Shown here: positions 1 to 7,723 of the stretch, one piece after another
How positions within the stretch are numbered: the first letter of the stretch is position 1
How the letters are laid out: every line of letters starts with the position of its first letter
Source of the DNA: Thermoplasmata archaeon
GTDB lineage: Archaea > Thermoplasmatota > UBA186 > UBA287
NCBI GenBank assembly: GCA_011620765.1
Contig: WOYO01000005.1
Location: 1 to 35,905, forward strand
DNA length: 35,905 nucleotides
Reading direction: 5' to 3'
Notes under the pieces: model-generated
Told to the model about the DNA's origin: nothing
Databases searched by the model: none
Seen by the model: the letters and a program-made list of their open reading frames with translations, nothing else
Program-made: the position numbers and the translations under genes

Positions 1-116
1 GAAAGTCCTGAACAAGAGAAACACAAAATTGCAGAAGAATTAACGGATCATAGATCTTAACGAGTTTTTATCTCCATTTTCAATTTCAACCAATCACATT
101 AAACAGCAACCGCAGA

Positions 117-124
117 TTATAAAT
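117..124 (+). promoter_or_regulatory. Putative archaeal TATA box (TTATAAAT) for the wtpA-tupA fusion gene
   Basis: TTATAAAT begins 30 nt upstream of the ATG at 147, a spacing typical of leaderless archaeal transcripts. Confidence 0.5.
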
Positions 125-146
125 AAAAAAAACGATGTAGTTGTAT

Positions 147-1907
147 ATGCATATCGAAAAGAAGGTTAGTTGGAATGCCATAATAGCTACATGTTTGCTT
201 GCTATCTCACTGCTGGCAGGCTGTGTAGAGCAGGGAGAGGGTAAAACACTAAAAGTGTTCCATGCAGGCAGTCTGGCGGCACCGTTGGGCGAAGTTGAAA
301 GAGAATTCGAACAGCTGTATCCAGAGATAGATGTGCAGAGAGAATCCTATGGCAGTGTTGAAGCAATAAGGCAGATAACAGAAGCAGGAAAAAAAGGAGA
401 TGTACTTGCTTCTGCAGACTATACCCTGATACCAGATATGATGTATGATGAATATGCTGAGTGGGTGATCAGATTCGCAACAAATGACATGGTGCTTGCT
501 TACAACTCTGAAAAGAGCAGGTATGCTGAAAGTATCACCGCAGAGAACTGGCATAATATTCTGCGCAGAAGCGATGTAACCTTTGGTTTTTCAAATCCAA
601 ACCTTGACCCATGTGGTTACAGAGCTATGATGGTCTGTCAGCTTGCAGAACTGTATTACAACGATAGCAGGATATTTGATGATCTAATTATGAACAACAC
701 TCTCATTTCTGTTGAAGATGGTGACGAATATCTTATAAAGATAAAAGTACCAGAAAATCTCGGCCCTGATGCCAGAAAGGTCACCATAAAACCCAAGGAG
801 GCTGAACTCACATCTCTTGTTGAGATGGGTGGTCTTGACTATTATTTCATATACCGGAGTGTTGCGGTTCAGCACAACCTCAGTTTCGTTGATCTGCCAG
901 GGGAGATAGATCTTAGCAAGGTAGAATACGAGGATCTGTACAAAAAGATAGAAGTTGAAACCGCTGATGGAAGTGTAAAAGTTGGAAAGCCAATTGTCTA
1001 TGGTATAACTGTACCGAAGAATGCGGAGAGCCTTGAACTCGGGCTAGAGTTCGTAAGATTCGTCACAAGCAAGGAAGGACAGGAGATATTTTCCAGAAAC
1101 GGGCAGCCTCCCATCGTTCCTCCAGTTGGGAGCGGGGATCTGCCAGAGAGCCTAGGGGTTAAGGAAACATTAAAGCTGGCAACTGGAAGCCCCTATGAGC
1201 TAGGACTAATCGATGCGCTAGCTGAGCCATTTGAGGAGAGATATAATTGCAAGGTTGAAGTAACAAAGGCTGGAAGTGGTAAGTCACTGGATCTCGGCAG
1301 GGAAGGCAAAGTTGATCTTGTAATGGTACATTCACCAGAGGAAGAGGAGAGATTTATTGCCGATAAGCATGGTTTGGATAGAGCTTATGTGATGTCCAAC
1401 GATTTTGTAATTGTAGGCCCGGAGGATGATCCTGCGGGGATTAGGGGGATGACAAACGCCACAGAAGCATACAAAAAGATCGCTGAGACCAGAACACCTT
1501 TCTTTTCCAGAGGAGATAACTCTGGAACCCACAAAAAAGAGATGTCTATTTGGAAGGACGCCGGGATAACACCCAAAGGGGAGTGGTATAGAGTAACACA
1601 CTCATTTATGGCCACAACACTTGAAATGGCAAACGAGGAGCAAGGATACTTCATGACCGACAGGAGCACTTACATCACACTGAAAGATAAAATAGACCTG
1701 GACATACTGGTTGAAGGAGACCCTGAGCTGGTGAATCATTATCATGCGATTGCAGTGAATCCGGCTAAACACTCCAACGTGAATTATGTCCTAGCAAAAG
1801 CATTTATTGATTATTTAACATCCACAGAGGGAAAAAGAACAACTATGGAATTCGGAACAAAGGAGTTCGGTGAGCCTCTCTACTATGTTATGTTGCAGAG
1901 GGAGTAA
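147..1907 (+). CDS. wtpA: Tungstate/molybdate ABC transporter substrate-binding lipoprotein; WtpA domain fused to a C-terminal TupA-like domain
   Basis: Lipobox LLAGC. WtpA motifs HAGSL, GSVEAIR, SADY, FGFSNPNLDPCGYR, PKE, YRSVA, PIVYGIT. Second domain from about nt 1160 has TupA-like GSGKSL, VMVHSP, NDFVIVGP, FFSRGDNSGTHKKE, TDRSTY, NHYHAI. ATG 147 preferred over TTG 141. Confidence 0.88.
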   Translation: MHIEKKVSWNAIIATCLLAISLLAGCVEQGEGKTLKVFHAGSLAAPLGEVEREFEQLYPEIDVQRESYGSVEAIRQITEAGKKGDVLASADYTLIPDMMYDEYAEWVIRFATNDMVLAYNSEKSRYAESITAENWHNILRRSDVTFGFSNPNLDPCGYRAMMVCQLAELYYNDSRIFDDLIMNNTLISVEDGDEYLIKIKVPENLGPDARKVTIKPKEAELTSLVEMGGLDYYFIYRSVAVQHNLSFVDLPGEIDLSKVEYEDLYKKIEVETADGSVKVGKPIVYGITVPKNAESLELGLEFVRFVTSKEGQEIFSRNGQPPIVPPVGSGDLPESLGVKETLKLATGSPYELGLIDALAEPFEERYNCKVEVTKAGSGKSLDLGREGKVDLVMVHSPEEEERFIADKHGLDRAYVMSNDFVIVGPEDDPAGIRGMTNATEAYKKIAETRTPFFSRGDNSGTHKKEMSIWKDAGITPKGEWYRVTHSFMATTLEMANEEQGYFMTDRSTYITLKDKIDLDILVEGDPELVNHYHAIAVNPAKHSNVNYVLAKAFIDYLTSTEGKRTTMEFGTKEFGEPLYYVMLQRE

Positions 1908-2033
1908 ATGAGTAATGGGCTATTAGAACATTCTTCTATTCAATTAGAACAGAACATGAGTAGGATCAACAGGCGGCATAGAGATCAACAAAAGCAAAAA
2001 ACAGATTAGGTGAAAATAGGTGTGAATAGGCAT

Positions 2034-2354
2034 ATGGGTTGGAACAAAAAAAAGCTTCAAAGGGACTGTTGAAAGCGAGAGCATATTTATCGTATCTTTC
2101 CTGGTTGGTGTTTTTCTTGTTGCATTTGTTATTCTCACTTTGAGAAACATGTTCTATGCACAGATGGAAGATTTTCCTCCGCTCATTGAGCAGCAAAGGA
2201 TCTATCTGTGTTGGAGTCTTGAGTAATAAGTAGTTAGGCTGCGATATGCTCTACGCTTATAGTTCTTATCCTGGCGAATCCATTGGCATACCTCCTTGCC
2301 AGAAAGGATTTTGTGGGTAAAAGCAAAATAGAGGGTATAGCCGATATAAAATAA
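2034..2354 (+). pseudogene. wtpB: Decayed and truncated WtpB/ModB-type ABC permease
   Basis: Manual translation gives a TM segment SIFIVSFLVGVFLVAFVILTL, a frameshift near 2190, then [52 protein letters not shown]. [14 protein letters not shown] is the ModB/WtpB signature. In-frame stops at 2220 and 2235; lies directly after wtpA. Confidence 0.8.
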
Positions 2355-2360
2355 CATAGA

Positions 2361-2368
2361 TTTATAAA
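2361..2368 (+). promoter_or_regulatory. Putative TATA box (TTTATAAA) for the CPBP gene
   Basis: Canonical TTTATAAA beginning 28 nt upstream of ATG 2389; no SD motif seen. Confidence 0.55.
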
Positions 2369-2388
2369 AAACCACCACCATCGCATTT

Positions 2389-3318
2389 ATGGATGATGAC
2401 TCGTTCTATCTTTTGATTGCGATCGTTGATCTGATCATAATCCATGGCCTTGGGGGATCTACACTTCTATCAGCAACCATAACAGGAATGACAGCAACAC
2501 TTGCTGTTTTGGGCATCTCATATCTCATTCTTCTAGCGATCCTGCTTCTCTATATCCTGGATAATGGTATCGCTGAAAAGATGAGAGCAAGGACTATAAT
2601 AGAAAATAACTCGATAACATCATTCCTCTTACTTATCTCTCTCATTTTCTTCATTCTTTGTATCGGTATAGGCGGCAATGCAGCAACAATATTTGATCTC
2701 TCGCAGAACTCTAGCCTCGAAGAGATCTTTGGTTCCATATCTCTGGGCCCTGCGAATTTGATAGGGCAAAGCCTGATGACATTTTTCATATTCTTTTTTG
2801 GACCATTGGCTTATGTAGCTTTAGCAAAAGGTTATGGCGCAAAGAAGAGCTTTGAGATCCTGAAGCTGAAGATAACCAGGCGCAGCATTCTATACTTCTT
2901 AGCTGGTATACCCGCAGTTATTTTACTGAACGGCGCTTTAGAATATCTATTGTTATTTCTGCAGGATCTCTTCGGATTTCAGCTCGCAGAAAATGTTGTC
3001 GCGATAGGATTGGTGCAGGGCATGAATGTGCCCATGGCTTTTATCATGGCAGCGCTTACAGCTTTCGGTGAAGAGCTTTTCTTCAGGGGCTTTATGCAGA
3101 ACCGGGCTGGAATCTGGCTCACAACAATAGTCTTCACCCTCTCGCACATAAGTTATGGAAATCTCTATGAGATCATAGCTGTATTTGTGTTTTCTCTCAT
3201 AATGGGCTATGGAGTGAAAAAAACAAAGGACCTGGGCTTTTCCATAGGCATGCATTTTACAAACAACTTTGCAACAGCTATCATCATCAACTATTTCCCG
3301 CATCTGGCGGGTATCTGA
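2389..3318 (+). CDS. CPBP family (CAAX/Abi/Rce1-like) intramembrane glutamic endopeptidase
   Basis: Multiple TM helices; motifs EELFFRG, FTLSH, HFTNN. Confidence 0.88.
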   Translation: MDDDSFYLLIAIVDLIIIHGLGGSTLLSATITGMTATLAVLGISYLILLAILLLYILDNGIAEKMRARTIIENNSITSFLLLISLIFFILCIGIGGNAATIFDLSQNSSLEEIFGSISLGPANLIGQSLMTFFIFFFGPLAYVALAKGYGAKKSFEILKLKITRRSILYFLAGIPAVILLNGALEYLLLFLQDLFGFQLAENVVAIGLVQGMNVPMAFIMAALTAFGEELFFRGFMQNRAGIWLTTIVFTLSHISYGNLYEIIAVFVFSLIMGYGVKKTKDLGFSIGMHFTNNFATAIIINYFPHLAGI

Positions 3319-5008
3319 TAACTCTTGCGCCAGCTCTGAAGTAATATGGAAGTAGAGAGAAAATGTGAGGCTTTGCATAGCGCTCATCCCCGCAAACTAT
3401 GAAAGCCTTATCATCGATACCTCTCAAAGCCCTTCCCATAGCCTGCGAAACTCTCCTTATCGCAGGCACAGTGTATGCATAGTATCTTCCCTGCTTGGCC
3501 CCATAGAGGTTCATGTAATACTTGATATAAAGCGTTGTTTTCAGTGTTGCCCTCTCAAAGGGTATACCAGCTATAAACACAGAATCTAAAGCTTGAGGCA
3601 GATCTATGCCCTCTGCAAATCTGCCCTGAGCACTTGCGACAAGGCATCCCCGCTCTGCTTCCCTGAAACTCTCAAGCATCACTTTTGCTTCAGCTCCACT
3701 CATAGAGTGTTCCTCAATAAAGATGTTATCGGCATTCAAACCGGCATCTAAAAGATCACCCATTATCCTGTAACTTGAACAGAACAGTGCGCTCTTCTTA
3801 CCCTGATTAAGAAACCATGAGACCGCTTCCACATACCTGTTAGCCATCGTTTTGCTCAGAGCCTCTCCCTCTGTCGATAAGCCTTCTATTATGTAGCCCT
3901 TCACATTTTCTTTCTTGAAAGGCATGTAAAAACTCTTTCCTTCATAGTCCCTTAACCCTATGGTGTCGGCGAATCCCTCTACAGGTTCAAGAGTGCCAGA
4001 GCAAAAAACACATCCTAAAAACTGGTCCCATAGCTCTGAAAGGAGCTCTCTAGCTCTCATATCGTATATCTCAAAGCTTTCATCGCTCGCTAACATAACA
4101 ACACCTTCAGCAGAAGCTTTTTCTTCAACACTCTGCAGAAAAGATCCAAGATGATAAAGCGATGATCTTGGCGCAAGATTTTGCTCAAGTTTCTCAGCCC
4201 TTATTTTCTCTCCATATTCCATAAACCTGGAAGCTAAACCCCTGAGGTTTAAAGCGTTAAGGAAGCCCTCCATATCAACCCTGCTTTCTCCTTCTATACG
4301 CTCCATAACCTCTAAAAGCGCTTTAAGAGCTGCTTCACCATCTTCATCATCCATGCCTTCTATCTCATCAATAGCATGCTCAACACCGCCCTTTCTAAGG
4401 GAAACGGAGCTAAGATTTATGGCTGCCTGCTCAAGGTTGTGGGCTTCATCTACAACTAGAAAACTATCAGGGAATGAAAAAGAAGAGCGAAGAGAATAAC
4501 CGGCAGTAGAAAGGATGTAATTGTAGCTGAGACCTATAACACTTGCATAAGGTAAAAGCTTCCTCTGGAAATAATAGGGGCAGATCTTTTCTTTCTTCGC
4601 TATCTTCAAAAGCTCAGAGTAGAGTAAGGGCTCTTCTGGCGAAAAAGAAAAATCAGATAGATTCTTGTTGAAGGCGCAATCCTTCATCTTTTTCTTGCAG
4701 AAGTAGGAAGCAGTATCATAATCAAGCCCTTCCTTGAGCAGACACATGTCCTTTTTCCCTCTGTATGAGAGACCGAAAAAATTGTTTATCGCTTTAAGTT
4801 CCTCAATAGGTCTATCACTCTCATTCCCTGTCCTTACAGCCCATATTATCCTTTTGCGAAAAGGCAGGAGGGCAGAGAGTATGCAGGGCGTCTTCCCGAA
4901 ACCTGTGGTGGCGTTTATGCAAAGCGGTTTATCAATATGAGAGGACACAAAATCAATTAAATCCTGCTGCTCAGCCCTTATGCGATATGGAAAGATCAAT
5001 TTCCTCAC
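3287..5008 (-). CDS. xpd: XPD/Rad3/DinG family ATP-dependent Fe-S DNA helicase
   Basis: Q motif RAEQ, Walker A TTGFGKT, four Fe-S Cys (DMC, YFC, DC, ICPYY), DEAH box, SGTL, EGID, QAMGRALR. Confidence 0.9.
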   Translation of the reverse strand: MRKLIFPYRIRAEQQDLIDFVSSHIDKPLCINATTGFGKTPCILSALLPFRKRIIWAVRTGNESDRPIEELKAINNFFGLSYRGKKDMCLLKEGLDYDTASYFCKKKMKDCAFNKNLSDFSFSPEEPLLYSELLKIAKKEKICPYYFQRKLLPYASVIGLSYNYILSTAGYSLRSSFSFPDSFLVVDEAHNLEQAAINLSSVSLRKGGVEHAIDEIEGMDDEDGEAALKALLEVMERIEGESRVDMEGFLNALNLRGLASRFMEYGEKIRAEKLEQNLAPRSSLYHLGSFLQSVEEKASAEGVVMLASDESFEIYDMRARELLSELWDQFLGCVFCSGTLEPVEGFADTIGLRDYEGKSFYMPFKKENVKGYIIEGLSTEGEALSKTMANRYVEAVSWFLNQGKKSALFCSSYRIMGDLLDAGLNADNIFIEEHSMSGAEAKVMLESFREAERGCLVASAQGRFAEGIDLPQALDSVFIAGIPFERATLKTTLYIKYYMNLYGAKQGRYYAYTVPAIRRVSQAMGRALRGIDDKAFIVCGDERYAKPHIFSLLPYYFRAGARVIRYPPDAGNS

Positions 5009-5073
5009 TACTCAAGCTCCTTCCTGCTTTTTGTTTTTATTGCAAGATCATAGCCAATCTTTATTTCACCCAT
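5008..5073 (-). CDS. Putative 21-aa mini-ORF (MGEIKIGYDLAIKTKSRKELE) bridging pyrE and xpd
   Basis: ATG overlaps the pyrE 3' end (ATGGGTGA); its TAG overlaps the xpd GTG (TAGTG); it fills the gap exactly. Confidence 0.3.
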   Translation of the reverse strand: MGEIKIGYDLAIKTKSRKELE

Positions 5074-5713
5074 TCTTGAGATCGCTTATTCTAAACAGAG
5101 GGACAAGCTCCAGCTTGTTGCTCTTGAGTATTTCCTCAGCCCCTTCTTCTCTATCAACAACAGTAACAACCCTATCAACATAGCCCTTGTTGCTTCGTAT
5201 CACCTTGGCAGCACGCAATGCGGTTTCGCCCGTAGTTGTAACGTCCTCGATTATACATAGCCTCTTGCCCTCAACCTGCCCTATATGCTCTTTTTCAACT
5301 CCATGCTCTCTTTTTTCTTTTCTTATTATCACATAGGGCTTTCCAGAGTAGAGTGAGGCAGCAACAACAAGCGGCACTGCTCCGAGCTCAACACCGGCAA
5401 ACCCATCATACCCTACTCCCCGCCAGGATAGCTCCCTACCAAGGGACTGAAGCGCTGCTGGCTGTGTTATGAGACCTTTTATATCAACATAATAGTTGCT
5501 CTTTCTACCGCTCGTCAGAACAAAATCCCCCTCTTTAACACAATTGCTCACAAGCGATCTCAGCTCCTCTACGTTCTCTTCCTTAAGTGGCGCCACCGGA
5601 GCACAATCTGTACAAAGCCCGAGCATGGGCCTATAGCATGATGTGCAAACATTTCTCTTGCAGCTTATGCACACATACCTTGCTTCATTTATCCCGCATA
5701 TCTCACATTTCAT
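5066..5713 (-). CDS. pyrE: Orotate phosphoribosyltransferase with an N-terminal 8-Cys zinc-finger extension
   Basis: GDFVLTSGRKSNYYVD, RKEKREHG loop, PRPP-binding IIEDVTTTG, VVDREEG; four CxxC pairs at the N-terminus. Confidence 0.92.
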   Translation of the reverse strand: MKCEICGINEARYVCISCKRNVCTSCYRPMLGLCTDCAPVAPLKEENVEELRSLVSNCVKEGDFVLTSGRKSNYYVDIKGLITQPAALQSLGRELSWRGVGYDGFAGVELGAVPLVVAASLYSGKPYVIIRKEKREHGVEKEHIGQVEGKRLCIIEDVTTTGETALRAAKVIRSNKGYVDRVVTVVDREEGAEEILKSNKLELVPLFRISDLKNG

Positions 5714-5722
5714 ATCATCACC

Positions 5723-6232
5723 TCACCATGGTACGTCCTTTAGCCTCAGCTTGTAGGCAGCTATATTGGCTGCCCGATGAAGCAGTGGCGTCATTACCAA
5801 TACAGTTATGGCTATGTACCAATTAAAGCTTTCCAAAAACCAGTCTCTGCTAAATACGAAGCACAGAAACCATGAGCCAAAAACAAGGTTGAGCTGATCA
5901 AGCACTGGAAGCTTTTTTCCTTGCTCTATACCCAGCCTCCTCTTTAAAAAAGAATTGCAGATATCACCAAAAAGCCCGCCAAATGAAAGAAGAAATATAT
6001 TAAAGTAGGAGCCATAGAGCCCAGAATATAGCTCAACTATGACGCCAGCAATAAAGCCTAAAAGCGTCCCCAGGGCTAATCCTTCAAAAGTCTTTCCCCT
6101 GCCCAGAATCCTTCTTCCATCAAAGAAATTCTTACCCAGATCTATGGGCATTTTTCCCCTGGAGAGCACTGCCCCTGGGCTTGAGATGTAGGCTGGAAGC
6201 ATCAACAGAAAAGCTTTAAGCAAAAAGTTCAT
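5723..6232 (-). CDS. carS: CDP-archaeol synthase (CDP-2,3-bis-O-geranylgeranyl-sn-glycerol synthase)
   Basis: PAY, PIDLG, DGRRILGRGKTFEG, GDICNSFLKRRLG, PVLDQ, LKDVPW C-terminus; ATG 6232 overlaps the pncB stop. Confidence 0.93.
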   Translation of the reverse strand: MNFLLKAFLLMLPAYISSPGAVLSRGKMPIDLGKNFFDGRRILGRGKTFEGLALGTLLGFIAGVIVELYSGLYGSYFNIFLLSFGGLFGDICNSFLKRRLGIEQGKKLPVLDQLNLVFGSWFLCFVFSRDWFLESFNWYIAITVLVMTPLLHRAANIAAYKLRLKDVPW

Positions 6233-7410
6233 TTTATTTCTTCCACACAAGCAATCTGGCTCAATACATAATTGCGTATGTCCTCAGCGCTCTTTGAAGC
6301 GTAAACCCTCTTCCCTTTTTCAATAACCTTATTCAGCATAGGCTTCATCCTCTCACCACAGCACTGTGGTGGCTCTGCACCCCATGGAAGAACCTCAAAG
6401 TTGAAACAGTGGTCGCATCGAAACCACTGCTTCTTTCCCCCGAGCTTCCCTCTCTTAGCAACGGGTTTGCCCTCCTTCTCAATAACATCCATGGCAAAAT
6501 TGATGGTCGGAGCATTGCTTATGCACGTTCCAACTCCGAAACCATCAACAAGATCTCTGAGCTTTAATACCTCTTCTTCATCAACCCCGCCTGAGACAAT
6601 AACCTTTGCTTCAAATCCCCTTATGTTCATCTCCCACTTCACCTCTGCTACTATGTCCTCCATCTTCCCTTTTCTTGAGCTTGGAGTGTCCAATCTTACG
6701 CCTGTGAGCTTTTTTCCAAGGGTCTTGCAGGCAAGGAGCGCTTCTGCCTTCTCATCATAGTATGTGTCTATAAGAGCTATGCGCGCTACACTCTCATCAG
6801 CTGTCTCATCAAATGCTTTCCATGCAGCGCTCTGATCACCGAACATTATCATAAGGGCATGGGGCATTGTACCTACGGGCACTTTACCTATGGCATTTGC
6901 TCCAGCTATGCTTGAGACACTATCACAACCACCAATGTATGCGCTTCTATCTATCATTGGCGCGATAGCTGGATGCATTCTCCTTATGCCAAAAGATAAA
7001 ACAGTTTTACTACCCGCAAGTTTTTTTATCCTTGCACTTTTCGTTGCTATGCCCGAAGCCTGACAGATCAATCCTAAAGCCGGAGTCTCCAGTTCGCAGA
7101 AAGAGCCGTAAGGGCCCTCAACATAAGCAACAGGCACTCTTATTCTCTTCCTATCCTTATTTACAAATATCGTGCCTTCATCGACTGCATAGACATCTAC
7201 AGCTCTATTCTCAAAGAGCGTTAAAAACTCTTCAAGCCCGCAGAAAACAGCCCACTGATAGTTGTGCGGAAAAGTATCTGCAGTGAACTCCGCAACTACG
7301 CTCTCTCTGTCCTTACCGTACTTTTTCAGAGCATTGAGAGTGTTAACAAAGTAAATATCTGTAGTTTCACCATCAATAATCTCTTTATCTCCAGCAGTAA
7401 AAAAAGCCAT
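6229..7410 (-). CDS. pncB: Nicotinate phosphoribosyltransferase (archaeal type, C-terminal Zn-binding Cys)
   Basis: TTDIYF, SFGIRRMHP, GTMPH, LIDTY, VRLDTPSSR, VSGG, FGVGT, AKRGK. Confidence 0.93.
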   Translation of the reverse strand: MAFFTAGDKEIIDGETTDIYFVNTLNALKKYGKDRESVVAEFTADTFPHNYQWAVFCGLEEFLTLFENRAVDVYAVDEGTIFVNKDRKRIRVPVAYVEGPYGSFCELETPALGLICQASGIATKSARIKKLAGSKTVLSFGIRRMHPAIAPMIDRSAYIGGCDSVSSIAGANAIGKVPVGTMPHALMIMFGDQSAAWKAFDETADESVARIALIDTYYDEKAEALLACKTLGKKLTGVRLDTPSSRKGKMEDIVAEVKWEMNIRGFEAKVIVSGGVDEEEVLKLRDLVDGFGVGTCISNAPTINFAMDVIEKEGKPVAKRGKLGGKKQWFRCDHCFNFEVLPWGAEPPQCCGERMKPMLNKVIEKGKRVYASKSAEDIRNYVLSQIACVEEIK

Positions 7411-7723
7411 AGAGTGGAGAGGCTTTACTCAAAGAAAAAGGTTTCCATAACAGACTTCAGTAAAGATCCAGAGATCCTGCTCACCTACCTACCCCTGCAG
7501 AGATACTATATACACACCGCCGCCATCAAATGATATTGTATTGCCGTAAACCACGGGATTTTACTTGAACGTACCAGCTGTTGCTATAAGTATCCCCTGA
7601 GCAGATAATGAATCATAAGCATATCCCACCCTCTTCATAACCCAAGCTCTGGCACAGCCTAGCCTTGAGGTATTCGGCCTTATGACCATAGCGCACCTTT
7701 TTTTAAAGATTGGACGCCCTACT

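Noticed and set aside
1-60. Possible 3' end of an upstream gene (ESPEQEKHKIAEELTDHRS*)
   Set aside because: Too short to assign a frame or product.
1908-2030. 33-aa ORF abutting the wtpA stop, plus short duplicated words (ATTAGAACA, GATCAACA, AATAGG)
   Set aside because: No recognisable motif; the repeats are irregular and short, so not a CRISPR array or transposon end.
1944-2196. Minus-strand ORFs of 68 and 76 aa in the ORF track
   Set aside because: Antisense shadows of the wtpB pseudogene.
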